In this document: in pieces, positions 13,301 through 25,629 of the stretch
Layout of the letters: the number at the start of each line of letters is the position of its first letter
Position numbering within the stretch: position 1 is the stretch's first letter
Source of the DNA: Botryllus schlosseri
Taxonomy: Eukaryota
Assembly (NCBI GenBank): GCA_051294905.1
Contig: CM119378.1
Location: 3,908,001-3,972,000 of the forward strand
Length of the DNA stretch: 64,000 nt
Reading direction: 5' to 3'
Notes under the pieces: model-generated
Told to the model about the DNA's origin: nothing
The model's database searches: none
The model's input: the letters and a program-made list of their open reading frames with translations, nothing else
Position numbers and translations under genes: made by a program

Positions 13301-16300
13301 TCTGCAAAAAGACGCGGAATTCATTTGGAATGCGGACTGTGACGCAGCTTTTCGCATTCTCAGAAACGACGTAATCAACGCTACGCAGTTAGCTCATTAT
13401 GATGTAAACAAGCAGCTCATTTTATCAACGGATCCTTCTCAATTCGGAATCGGCGCGGTACTCTCAAGTCTCAATCGAGCACGATGGCGAAGAGAGACCG
13501 ATCGCGCACGCGTCGAAAACGCTTTCTGATTCGCAAAAATCCTACTCTCAAATAGAGAAGGAAGCTCTGTCAATCATTTACGGAGTCACTAAATTTTGTC
13601 AATTCTTGTATGGTAGAAAATTCACGCTCGTAACGGACCACAAACCGCTTTTAGCTATTTTCTCGCCAGACAAGAAAATTCCCGTGATTACAGCGCAACG
13701 CTTACAGCGATGGGCACTAACGCTCATGGCTTACCTATACGATATTCGCCATAAACCCACTAATCAGCACGGAAACGCCGACGGTTTATCTCGCTTACCA
13801 AAGGGTCCAGACCCTGAGTTTGACGAACTGGAAATTCGTGAAACGCGGAGATCGTTCACGCTATTAATATGACATTCAATGGCTTGCCGTTAACTCGCAA
13901 TGAAATTCGCAACGCAACGCTGAAGGACAAAACCATGAAACTAGTAAAATTATGTGTCACTCATGGTAATTGGAATCCAAAGGTGCACATTGATGATTTT
14001 TCTTGGTTTTCGACTCGCAAACATTCGCTTTCTCTGCACGAAGACATAGTCATGCTCAATATTGATGGTTTTCAGCGCGTAGTAATTCCGCAGTCACTTC
14101 GCTCGCGAGTCTTATCATTGTTGCACGAAGGACATTGCGGTATCGCGAAAATGAAGCAGGTGGCACGACGTTACATCGCATGGCCTTCCATTAATCGCGA
14201 CAGTGAAAATCTCGTTAAGAGTTGCGACGCTTGCCGTAAGGTATAATGAAAGCGCCTGATCGTCAGTATCGCGAATGGCCAAAAACTTCTGAAAGCTTTG
14301 AACGAATTCACTTGGATTTCGCAGGTTCAATAAAAAATAAAATGTTTCTTGTCATCGTCGATGCGCATTCGAAATATCCTTTCGTCAAAGTAATGAATGT
14401 CGGATCTACCACAACCTTGTGCGTAGTCAACGCTTTGCGGGAAGTCTTCTCTATTGAAGGCTTGCTCGTAACAACCGTCACGGATGGCGGACCGCGATTC
14501 ACGTCGAATGAATTCGATACGTTTTGTACGAATTTGGCAATCAGCCATATCGTATCACCCTCTTTTCACCCTGCCTCGAACGGGGAAGCGGAGCGTTTCG
14601 TCCAGACTTTAAAAGCTGGATTAATAAAAAATTGCGACGGGGGAAAAGATCTCAACTTCGCGCTCCAAACACTTCTCGCTACGTACCGATGTGCACCGCA
14701 CCCGGGCATAGACCGGAAAACGCCTGCCGAGATTTTACATGGTCGACAGCCGCGCAATTTGTTAAGTTTGTGCTCGCCCTTCGATAAATCGAAACCCGTT
14801 ACGCCTAGACAATCAGTCACTCATTTCGAGATTGGTTCCTCGGTTTACGCTCCGAGTTACCGAAGCGGACCAAAGTGGGTTGCTGGCGTGGTGACAGAAA
14901 TACTGGGGCGTGTTGTGTACATTATAAAAACAGATCATGGGTATTGGAGAAGGCACAAGAACCAACTCCAACCACGCTTGATTTCAGCTGGCAATAATAC
15001 AGCCACACAGGAAGTTGCTCAGCCTCAACCGTCACAAGCTGAGCAACCATTGGTTAGAAACAGGGCACAATGTCTTGCAGCTAGTCCTGCCCGTACGACG
15101 GGTAGACGTTACCCTCTTAGAAATCGGTGGGTTTCCTATTTCTATAGACCTACGTAAATGTGGGCAACCCTCTAACTTACAAGGGAGGACTGTTATGTTC
15201 GTGCATTTACGTTCGGTGTCGTACAACTCTTCCTTTCTATAGGATTAGTAATTACAGCCAATCATTATTTCCTCGTGTGTCGTGCTTGTATTTATACTAG
15301 GGATGGTGTGAACGCGAGGTTCACGTTCGCGTTCTGTGTGTGAACCTCGGAAATTTAGAGGTTCGCGTTCACAACAGAACCTTGGTAGGTTCTGCACTGT
15401 GAACCTTTTTCATATATTACAATTTTCACTTTATTATAACTTCTTTCTTTGGTTCAAATTTATTGCATTTCAATTGTGGGCCACTCTATGCATGGCGCTG
15501 GCAGCATTATAAATCAACACTAAACGAGCATGCACCTTGACAATCTCAAAAGTTGTACTTACTTTGTTCAACTGAGCAATCAAAGGACATAATACTCCCT
15601 TTAAGACGCCAATATGTATTTCGGCATCGTGGCATTATGTAGCCCGAGTCGTCGCTAGGTACCGCGTACATTAATATAGGCTATCACTTCATTGAAAGAT
15701 AGGGTTTGAATTAGCAATATGACGTAACGTGACGTCATGAGGTTCACGTTCGTGTTCACACAGAACCTTTCAAAAAGGTTCGCGTTCACACGAACCTGAA
15801 CCTTTCAGAGGTTCACACCATCCCTAATTTATACCCTGTGTTCTGTTGTCTCGTGGTCTTTCGTTTAACTGCACTCTGGATCGTGTCGCCTGTGTAAAGT
15901 TATACTGCTGATAATATACTGTTTCCTTATTGCAACCTCGTCGTATTGAGTATTGTTTAAACAAGAACCAGAACATAACAGTTTTCACTCGAATCCATCC
16001 ACTATCTTAGCTCGAAAAGCTGTAAGGAGGACGAATTCCCCTTATGAAGTACATTTAGGCGTCCTCGGAGGACATTTTCAAACACCTTAAAAAGGAGGAC
16101 AAAGGAGGACGTATGGTAGGCCTAACCCTATTATATGGTGACCCCAACGTGATTGAAAGTCGGGAAATTCACTATATAACGCAGAGCCTATATGTCTTTG
16201 GGATGCTAAACTTTTTTTGAGTGGCCGTGGGCAGGCTGAAAGTACGTCTTGCATACCTTCAAAGCTGTGATCGAAGCTATGCGGTTGCAAACTTTGCTTA

Positions 16301-18452
16301 GTGCTTACTGAACCCTTGTTGCCAGAAGAGGGGTATGAATATGTGATTACAAGAAAATACAAAAGTGACCCGATTGATTTGAGTTTCTCATGGTAGACAT
16401 GTGATTGGGGGAGGCTTTTGATCTCACCAGTTTTGAAAAGATAATGCTGCTCCGTTCTCTATTGACAGTGAGGAGGTGTCGTATTCTGTTGCTGGGTACA
16501 TCGGTACCGGGTAAGCTGGCAAATATGTATTGCATCGTTTTGGCGGGCGCTTTGATTGTTATGATCGCTCTTTGAAATTAGCGAGCCGAGTCATGACTTG
16601 AGTATTAACAACCCCCGAAAAACATATTATTGGTAACAACCTCCGAAAAACATATTATTGGTAATTAGCATAGTATCAATCTTGAGGCATAGGCCTGCGT
16701 TAAACGTATGTGTCATATTTTTGATTTGCAGATATGAAAGCCATTTCATCTGCCGAAATACTGATGGAAAGAAAGGACGGAGTCATGAAAATTCAGGATC
16801 CTGTTGAAGACGGTCCGCAGACATCAGGTTTGCTTGATGAGTTCTTGTAATTAATTGGGGCATATTTTCTTGGAGCTCATGCATGCTGAATGCTGACGTA
16901 TGAAACTATAAGTGAATTATTGTCTCTATTTCCGGAAATAAAATTGAACGTAAATTGCATTTTGCCCATCCACCATTTTTAAAACGCGTACTACTCACGC
17001 AAAGTGTTAATGCTATGATAGTACAGGTGGTAAAATGTGGCGTTAAGGTTGCGTTAAGAACCACCGTTCAATAGCAAAATCATCAATAGCGGTCCGTGTT
17101 ATTGTTACGGTGAGATTATTGTGCTGTGAAAAATTGCTACCTCCTGAGACCGCCGCTCTCAACACCAACATCATAGCTCAGTTTTCTGTTTTTGGCAGTT
17201 CGAGAGAGTGTATATCTTATATTTATCACCTGCAGATGCGAAAGTCATTTCATCGGCCAGAGAACTGCTGAAAAATCAGGACTCTGATGAACTGATTGAA
17301 AGTGATTCGTGTGAAGGGGGTTCGCGGACATCAGGCTCGCGAATCTGGTTCGGCGGGTTCTCAAAACGATTCCAACAGCCTGCGGAAGGAAAAGGAAAAG
17401 TGAAAAAGTGATTCGTTTTAGTTCCGCCATAACGCCTGAAATCAAAACGTTTAAATCAAATCTGTTCGCAGGTATTTCGGGGCGAGAGGCAATGACATAG
17501 GGCAAATGAATGGTCCTCATGGCATTTCCTCAACGGCCTCTGGCGATATCTTGGTCGCAGATACTTACAACTGTCGGATTCAGGTTTGTTGTTTTGTTTC
17601 AACAACTCTTGTATGGCTCAACATTCGTGCTTCAAGATCTTCGACGTGAACGGGCAAGTGAAGGGAATCTTCGGGAGCTACGGACTGGCAGGAGGTCAAT
17701 TCGATCGCCCGATAGACGTGTGTGTGACGTCACGGGGACGGATTGTCGCCTCGGACACGGGGAATAACCGAATCCAAATATTCGACGAACAAGGAAGGTT
17801 CGTTCGGAAGTTCGGTCGCACAGGATCAGGTGACGTATGCGTGACGTCACAGTCGTCGGTGATAGTGACGTCGATTTCGGTTCAGGAGATGGACAACTGA
17901 ACTGTCCTTATGGAGTTGCAACGGACGACAATGGTTTGATTTACGTTTGTGACTTCAACAATCACCGAGTTCAAGTCTTCTCGGATGAGGGAAAGTTCGT
18001 TTGGAAATTGGGTTCGGTCGAAAAGCGTTTCCAAAAACCGACTTTTCTTTCCGTGACTTCAAACGGCAGAGTACGTGAGTTGACAGTTCCATTTGAACTC
18101 TCGCGACCTTTTACACTTTTCGCAGGTCGTCGTCAGTGACCCAGGCAATCCCATCTTAAATCACAGAGTTGTGGTTTGCGACTCGTACGGCCGCCATCTT
18201 GTCCAGGTCGGAAAGAACGGGTCTCCGTTCAAGAATCCGCGAGGTGTCACCACAGATGATCATGGAAACATTATCGTGTGTGACAAAGGCAACCGGGTTC
18301 AGGTTTTCACGAGTTGTGGAAAGTCCGTGTCTTGTTTTGGTAGCGAGGGTTCTAAGCTGGGACAGATGAAGAGCCCGCAGGGAGTTTGTGTTTTGTCAGA
18401 TGGAGGAATCGCGGTCTGTGAGTGGGGCAACGACAGAGTACAAATCTTTTGA
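1308..18452 (+). CDS. Spliced coiled-coil + 6x NHL-repeat protein (TRIM-NHL/TRIM71-like C-terminus), ~537 aa
   Basis: Exons 1254/1308-1358, 1425-1541, 1599-1740, 9451-9531, 9723-9860, 16732-16827, 17236-17407, 17472-17583, 17637-17829, 17886-18070, 18126-18452. All are GT-AG bounded, phases match and there are no stops. Start codon is uncertain (an upstream donor exists at 1202). Joining the 5' exons to the NHL exons is inferred from phase. Confidence 0.7.
3360..3681. mobile_element. Right end of a CAGTGTTGGGAT-family element whose left end is deleted in this unit
   Basis: CATCCCAACACTG ends at 3681. The matching left ends survive in units 2 and 3 at 49178 and 62948. Confidence 0.8.
4848..7196. 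mobile_element. Non-autonomous TIR element with 8-bp TSD and AATCGCTA subterminal repeats
   Basis: TIR CAGTGTTGCCAA/TTGGCAACGCTG; TSD CACCCTTT at 4840-4847 and 7197-7204. Confidence 0.85.
5239..6160 (+). mobile_element. TAGGGATGGTGTGAAC-family hAT-like MITE
   Basis: TIR TAGGGATGGTGTGAAC; TSD CTAGATAT; GTTCAC/GTGAAC subterminal repeats. Confidence 0.9.
8796..9373 (+). mobile_element. CAGGGTTGTAA-family hAT MITE (short copy)
   Basis: TIR CAGGGTTGTAA/TTACAACCCTG; TSD ACCATTTG; GACTCGAGTC arrays. Confidence 0.9.
10716..10969 (+). repeat. 5' LTR (254 bp)
   Basis: TGTTATGTTC...GAACATAACA with inverted ends; direct repeat of the 3' LTR. Confidence 0.95.
10972..10991 (+). promoter_or_regulatory. 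Primer-binding site, probably tRNA-Leu
   Basis: TGGTGTCAGAAGTCGGATTC lies just after the 5' LTR and is complementary to a tRNA 3' end (..CTTCTGACACCA). The Leu assignment is from recall. Confidence 0.75.
11020..15157 (+). pseudogene. Frameshifted gag-pol polyprotein
   Basis: gag (EKWDQYLQRFNHHL; Cys/His knuckles near 11824-11920, CQKCGRKGH), protease WDTGA, RT (VRICCDFK, KIDLVDAYFQ, FIDD), RNase H (LVTDHKPL, HGNADGLSR), integrase (ERIHLDFAG, TDGG, SNGEAER). Several frameshifts and stops. Confidence 0.92.
15191..15980 (+). repeat. 3' LTR interrupted by a MITE
   Basis: 15191-15297 plus 15835-15980 rebuild the 5' LTR with about 10 differences counted by eye. Confidence 0.93.
15298..15826 (+). 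mobile_element. TAGGGATGGTGTGAAC-family MITE inside the 3' LTR
   Basis: TSD ATTTATAC, which is single-copy in the 5' LTR. Confidence 0.95.
17472..18452 (+). CDS. NHL beta-propeller exons (six repeats) of the above gene
   Basis: Repeats such as GQMNGPHGIS..GDILVADTYNCRIQIF, GQFDRPIDVCV..GRIVASDTGNNRIQIF, GQLNCPYGVATDDNGLIYVCDFNNHRVQVF, FKNPRGVTTDDHGNIIVCDKGNRVQVF and GQMKSPQGVCV..CEWGNDRVQIF*; introns of 53-56 nt. Confidence 0.92.
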
Positions 18453-21279
18453 GAAACCAGATTCGAACGAGGCATGTTCCAATTCCAAGTTCTATTTGTT
18501 CACGTTTTCGCACTATGGTTTTAATTAGGCTATATAGCCAGGGTATGGTATGGTATGGAATATGGAAATGTGCAAGTATGGTAGTATGGTATGGTATATA
18601 AATTTCCCAAGTATGGTATGGAATTATTTTTCCGCACTTCCATACTTTTTCCATAATTTGACAGTTTTACCAAAACCATGACAATGATCCTACATTCGAT
18701 TTGTGCAATTGATTGCTTGCCGCAGAAAATCGCTCACTGTCTATGTTCATATCTCAAATTGAAATTCATGACTCACCCATCGCGATCGACATCTATTTGA
18801 AGACAAAAATGTTGCGCAAAGCGCATATGAAGGAAACTCATATTAATGATAATTATTACAATATAAATATCATAAAAACGAATGATATTCGACCACTGGC
18901 GCACTAGAACTTGGACTTCGCTTATCGTAACTTCCACCCCGTAAACTACCAAGGGAGTTTTAAAATCGTATACACTCTGAGAATGTAGAAGTTACATGAA
19001 TATCGTTATCAGTTTGTTGAACTTGGAAATAATTTTCTGCGCTTTCGTAGGATGATCATCACGCAATATCTATTTGACATAACCATCACTGTAATTCAAA
19101 AATATGTAGCCTGTCTTGAAGCGACGCCGCGATATGCCGGCCTCCAACACGCATTGTAAGTTGAAGAAATCTGGTTATCTCTGATAAAAAATGGACACCC
19201 TGATGTTGGCTCTATTAAAAGACGATTTTGTACTCCATCGATGCAGCTGACTAGATGATAACTAAGGATCGTATCGCTGCACCCTGTATTTTATTTTTTC
19301 AACGTAATTTTTTCTCAATTAAAACTGTCTCTGCCTCTCTGAGTGACCCACAGCCATATTCTAGCAGTCTAGCTAGATCAACCAATCGGGCGCCGTCAGC
19401 GTCACTCCCCGGCCCGCTGACGGCAACCCGCCGAGAATCCCTGTTGGACAAGGATCTTCTTATCGCAACTTTGCATTCAGTTCGGTTGCAAACGACTGGT
19501 ACCTCAGGTCACCAGGATGGGCTCCCCGTAGCCCCAACACATCTGAGAATGTAGTTACTCCCACCGTTTACCCATATTTTACTGTTTTTTTTTTTTGCTA
19601 TGACTAGTTTTGTGTTCACAATAGAGAAAACCTTTCTTCTTGGGACTTATATAAACATGATGTTTCTGCAGCATTTGAGCTCTATATCACGACTCTACGA
19701 CCAGCGGTTGCCGAGATATGCAATTTAACCCCTCTTGCGCAGAAATTGGGGGGCTGCCAGCTGGAAAATGGGGCAACCACTAAATTCAATTTTTATTGAA
19801 GTTTCAGGTCATTTGTCGGGATTGAAGAACCCCCTTTTAACGATTTAAAAAAAGACATTTTCACTCCACCCTGAATGAAAAGTTAAGTGGATGATATGGA
19901 AGGCAAGCGACAAAATGAGGTGGCATGAGGCGGAATGCGAGAACGATGTTAGGTCGTGGTCCGGCAACCCTGAAGGCTGACTAGTATTAATTTAGAAGAA
20001 GTTGTTTATATTTCGACTTGAATGCGGACATGCTCGACGACTGTCGATCGACTGATAGATTTTACACTATGCGTGCAAAATTATCGGCATTCACACAGGT
20101 CACAATACTTATGACAGCATTTCGAAAGAGTACTACTGATATGTTAGGATCGCAGCCTTCAGGAGTGTCTTTAATAATCAACAGAATACGAAAAATTATC
20201 CACCCGGCAATGAAAAACTGAAAGGACTGAATATTTATATGTATTATGTATGGATAGTGTGTATAGATATGGAGGCCTTTTGCACCATGTCTGTTCATTG
20301 ATGAAACTAGTTACCTTAATAAAAACGTGACACAATCCATCAATTATTGACAGGCAGTGTTATTTTTAGCATATGCCCAAGATAGCATATTTTTCGCATT
20401 TTTCAGATTTTGATATTGTCAACATTCTTGGCAGCGAGAGTAAAAGCCGAATTGACAACGGTGGGGGAGAGTCAATTCACCCAATACAAAACCGACTACT
20501 TCTGCAATAAGTAATTCGAAGAGTAGATTCAATATGCGTGCATAATTACCTGCATTCACACAGATCACAATACCACTTATGATAACAATTCAAAATCGTT
20601 GCTGACGCATTTGAATAACAGCCCTTCACTCTCTAACGGGACACAGTCTCTCAGTGCTGAATGCATAACATGCTGGCATTGTCATCAACAAGTTAGAAGT
20701 AAATGGAATTATATATACGCATTGAGCTAAATGCAGCATGGGTCGCGGGTGAGGGCTACATGAGGTAACAAAATACCCGAGCGGTGACAACAGGAAAATG
20801 TCTAGACATTGCGTTGCATCTAAATATTACGGCTCTTATTCACGGATTCCAAAATATGATATTTACCAACGAACACCCTGCTGTTGCGGGCAAGGACCAG
20901 CTTCTTCTTAATTGCTGAATATCATCTATTACATGGGTTGATCAATCCACAGAAGATCGTAAATCCAGATTTCACTACTCGCCTTTTTGGCCCCGACCCT
21001 AAGATTTTCATTCGCATTATATATATCCCTTGGACGGTATACCGCGGCCTTCCGAGGGGTTCACTGACCTCAATGTAGGAATTTAGCGTTACGCATTTGT
21101 TTTGTCGCTTCATGCAGACTCATTTCAATATTTGTGGACATTTCTATCTAAAACTTTGATAAAAATCTATATTTCCAAAAAGCCTTATTTTTAGCATTTT
21201 AAAATTTCTATTTTTGGCAGTTTTGGCATTTGGTTCCCGAAATGCCAAAAATAACTCGGCCTGATGTTAAGGCCTATAC

Positions 21280-24200
21280 CAAGGGTCGGCAACCTACGGT
21301 CCGCGGCCCGGATCCGGCACGCCAAGCGAAATCGTCCGGCCCGCGACTAAATAATTAGTTACCACAAGAATACGGCCCGCCGTTTCGTAATGACTTCCGA
21401 TCTGCAGCGTAGCACTGCTTGGAAAGAATGCGGCATTGCTACGATATAAGTAGCCTACGTCGTATTAGTCAATTATTGTTACGCCATAACACTAGTGCGG
21501 TTGACTAGTATCTCGTACTAAAAGTGGGAGATGGAGATTGTCTGTAGAGTAGACTAGACCAGTTCTTGTCAAGCGGATGTATCGCGCAACCGAAAGTAGG
21601 CTATACCATAGTTTTTAAAGGGTTTGCCACTCTGGTGGAGTGTGATAATAAAGTTGCCGTTCCTCTGCTTCAAAAACGCTTGAAACATCTCAGACGCAAT
21701 TACAAAATCTCAAACTTTCCCTGTTTCATCATTGATAACCACCCTTTGTAGGTTATCGTCTGTATAGTTTAATTCACCAGAAGACATTGTTCGCCAAGAC
21801 AATAAACCTGATTAGTGTTTTGGACACTGTGGTGAAAACTGATTTTGTCTCACAAACTGAATCACCGACAGTTACCCCAGATATTACTAGAAGCAGAGAA
21901 TCAATATGACGATGTTCTGTATATATCTGCCATGCTCGCGCATTAAGTCGAGCAGCCATGCTTGCACGAGTGTATGAACTGAGAAATGAAATAGCAACTT
22001 TCCTTGAAAACACAAACATCGCCGACTCATAATCTTGTAATCGAAAATGGGCATCTAATATTGCTTTCGTGGTACATTTAACGTCACATATAAACAAGTT
22101 GAATTTGCAACTTCAGGGGGAAAGCAACTGAATAGGCTACATGAGCTGTTGAGGCGCATTCGAAGCAAAACTGCGACTCTGGGAATGTCAACAGTACAAA
22201 TAAAATTATGCTCACTTTCCTATACTGGAGTTGAGTAATAGCACCAACACTATACATTTGTAACTGTGATACGAAATATAATTACTGATTTCCACCCGCT
22301 TTTCCGACATTCGTTCTGTAGGCCTACAAAATAAATTCTGACTATTCAGTACTCCGTTTAATGTGGACGCCAATACCATTGCCCGAAATTTCAAAAGGGT
22401 CCTCTTGAAATGCGATGCAGTTGAATTGAATGACAGATTTCATACAAAGAGCATATCGCTGCATGACTTTGACAAAGACTACGTTCGTGAAACGGGTCTT
22501 TATCACAGTTTGACCAACAATGCAAAAGAAATGGCATCTACTTTTGGTAGCACGTAGGCCTACGCATGTCAACAATAGTCTGTAACAGTGAAATTCACGA
22601 TGAACAAGCTAAGATCACGTATTCCACCGCCCATTTAGAATATCGTCTGATTCTTGCTTCATCTGACTTGTTACCAGACGTTGAAAACAAAGCAAGCTGC
22701 GCCAAGTGTCACATTTATCCTGCGTTGTTGAAGTGTAAATACATGTGTTCTGCTCATTTTGTGACTTGTATGATTGAGATCAGAGTTGGATCAATTACAT
22801 TATTTCAGTTCAATTACAATTACAATTACTTTCATGCATGTTTCAATTACATTACAATTACAATTACTCCATGCTAAAAATATCAAATTACAATTACAAT
22901 TACTCCTTGCATGCTTCAATTACACTACAATTACAATTACAATTGCTGCTGTTGAACATGTAATTGAATAATCATAAATTCAACCGTGCTCCTTGACAAC
23001 CGTAGCGTCGTAATTAACAACAATTCAAGTATTCATGTTTCATTCATGATGCGCAAATACCGGTTAATTATTAAAAAGAAAAAACGTTTTCGAACTATTC
23101 CAGTATGCAGTATGTCGTTGAAAAAAGTATTATAATATATATGCACGTGTTGGATTTGCGTATATAGTATATAATTATAGAAATAATATTATTTTTATCG
23201 AGGGACGTAGAGTAGGAATTAGGATGAGGAGTAAAAACAAAACCGTGCTTTGTCAGATAAGACGTTATATAATATCCAGTGGTCTGGTTAGTTAGCCAGA
23301 CGAAGTAACGATGCAGCATCGTGATCTGAAATCGTATTGTAGATTGCCAACCCACGGATAGATGCGCAAGATGTGAGTCACGGATGAATGCACCGACAAA
23401 CGTACTGCAGAGCCGGCTAAAAGCAGCAAACTTTGTAGTCCTAGAGCTGGCGATCCAAGCGTCCAAATTTGATGCATCTGGTCTTTATCGTAAGCTATTG
23501 ATGCACTAATTCCGAAAATACAAATTAAAATCTCGTCAGGGCAATGTAACTGCTCCAAAATAGCCGTTTAAGGCCGGCTGTTCTGAAAGGTGAGAGCGCC
23601 GCAGCAGCATGACCACAACAATGACCAATTACGCCCAGCGATTGTTCAGAACAATGCCGATTCCCAGACTTTCACAACTATTTTGGGATGGTACCATTGC
23701 CTGGAAATATACTTTTATTGCGGAATCAGTGCGACACTAGCTTTCGATTAGGACCATACATATCAAATTTCGACGCTTGGATCGCCAGCTGTGGGACTAT
23801 CAATTCCGCTGCTTTTAGCCGGCTCAGCAGTTCGCTTTTCGGCGTATTCAATCGTGAGTCACGTGTTGCGAATCCATCCGTTGGTTAGTAATCTAATAAT
23901 TGTATACAATGGCAGCCGAGGCCAGCATAGCGGTAAAAATAAAAAACTTCGCCCGCAAGGGCGCAGTCAAGGGCTTCCGCGAATGGATCCATCAAATTCC
24001 TTGTCGACATTTAAAGAGAATGCATTACAAGTCAATTATTTTATGTTGTGCTTGTCAGGTCTCAATAGCAATTTAATGTAATTGAAATTGTAATTGAGCA
24101 AAATTTTTGTCAAATTACAATTACAATTACAATTACACAAAATAAAAATGCTTCAATTACAATTACATTACAATTACATTGAAAAATGTAATTAATTACA

Positions 24201-24369
24201 TTCAGTTCAATTACAAATTACAATTGATCCAACTCTGATTGAGATTGCAGCAATGTAGGGTAATATACCGAAGTGAGCGTTAAATATAGTATTAAGAAAA
24301 ATTCCGGTCCGCCAAAAAGTTGTGCACTCGAAATTTGGCCCGTGACTAGCAAAAGGCTGCCGACCCCTG
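21280..24369 (+). mobile_element. Decayed hAT-Charlie (GTF2IRD2-like) transposon
   Basis: TIR CAAGGGTCGGCA/TGCCGACCCCTG; TSD GCCTATAC; GGCCCGC subterminal motifs; transposase remnant near 21960-22120 (MLARVYELRNEIATFLE, HINKLNLQLQG). Confidence 0.85.
22781..24237. mobile_element. Non-autonomous TIR element with AATTAC subterminal arrays, nested in the Charlie element
   Basis: TIR CAGAGTTGGATCAATT; TSD ATTGAGAT; internal inverted pair ~23345-23470 and ~23764-23885. Confidence 0.9.
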
Positions 24370-24469
24370 GCCTATACGATCGGGGAAGCCTCTTACTTTG
24401 TGCTTCCCATCATATTGTAGAAGCCTATAACAAAACCGATTTTCACATACCTTGGTAATTTTAATTTTG

Positions 24470-25629
24470 ACCGGTCCTTTTCACCTTATATGTCAACGAC
24501 ATTTTTGAAACCTCCTCATTGAACACCACACTGTTCGCTGATGATACTCACCTCCTCTCTTCCGCATCTTCGACGGCAGAGGTGGATGCCCTGACTGGTG
24601 ACCAAATGCCCAAAGTCCATGAGTGGACTGCCCAGAACAACCTTTGCATAAACGCCTCGAAATCACAATTGCTGACAGTCAATTCAAAAAATAACCTAAC
24701 CGTTAATATCGCTGGTCAGCCCGTTTCCAACACAGATAATGCCAAATATCTCGGAGTTTTACTGGACTCGAACATGTCCTGGAAGAGTCATATTCAGTCC
24801 CTAGAAACTAACTTATCACCGAAGTGCGGCCTGTTCTACAGCCTTGGGCGCTTCATGCCAGCATGGGTTCTCCTGATACTCTTTAAATCCTTAATCCAAT
24901 CGAAGTTACATTATGGCATCCTCTGTTGGGGGGCTGCCAGTAAAACTGCACTCAAGCCACTGCAGAAACTACAGCATAAAGTGCTCCGAATCATAGCTAG
25001 GGCCCCAAAGGGGCCTGGCTGCCCATCCAATAAGTCGCTGCTGAAGAGATTCGGCGTCCTAAACATAGAAGATATGCGGAAACTAGAAATCGCCAAGTTT
25101 ATGTATCAGTTTCACTGCGGTCGTTGCCCCGAATATTTCAATGACTTCTTTACCTCTGAATCAAAAGCGCACAAGTACAACACACGCGCGTCCACGTCGT
25201 CCAAATATCATATGATCGACCGAAAAGATCATCGCTCCATCAAATATGCCGGACCTGATGTGTGGAACAGTATCCCGCCGGCCATCCGACAGTCGACGAG
25301 CATGTCCACATTCAAGTCGAAATACAAGCAATTACTACTAAATAAATACAGTCCATCCTCAAGATTACCGGACCACGACTGACCTATCGATCTCGCTTCC
25401 CATGACATGCCGCCCTATTTCTTGTCGCTTTCTTTTTCTATACTGTATTCTTTACTTTCATTCAGTGTGCATGCCTCCTCTTTACCACGCCTAGGCCAAG
25501 GTGGGTGTCCGATTCCATTGACAAATCCAAGTCGCTTCGACATCTTCCTGTCTATTCATTGTATCGCATTTTTTGTGGTGTATTGAACTGATAAAATTGC
25601 TAATAAACCAATGATGATGATGATGATGA
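24470..25629 (+). mobile_element. 5'-truncated CR1/L2-group LINE with (ATG)n tail
   Basis: ORF 24519-25382 contains LFADDT, KYLGVLLD and YAGPDVWNSIP; 3' UTR followed by AATAAA and (ATG)6 at 25611-25628. Confidence 0.9.

Larger units (their letters stand above)
10716..15980 (+). mobile_element. Ty3/Gypsy LTR retrotransposon (Mag-like), full length but decayed, intronic
   Basis: LTRs 10716-10969 and 15191-15980 (TG...CA); TSD GTTTT; PBS; PPT AAGGGAGGAC at 15181-15190; domain order gag-PR-RT-RH-IN. Confidence 0.95.

Noticed and set aside
22774..22971. ORFs rich in ITIT/LQLQ/NYNY
   Set aside because: Translations of AATTAC hexamer arrays of a MITE
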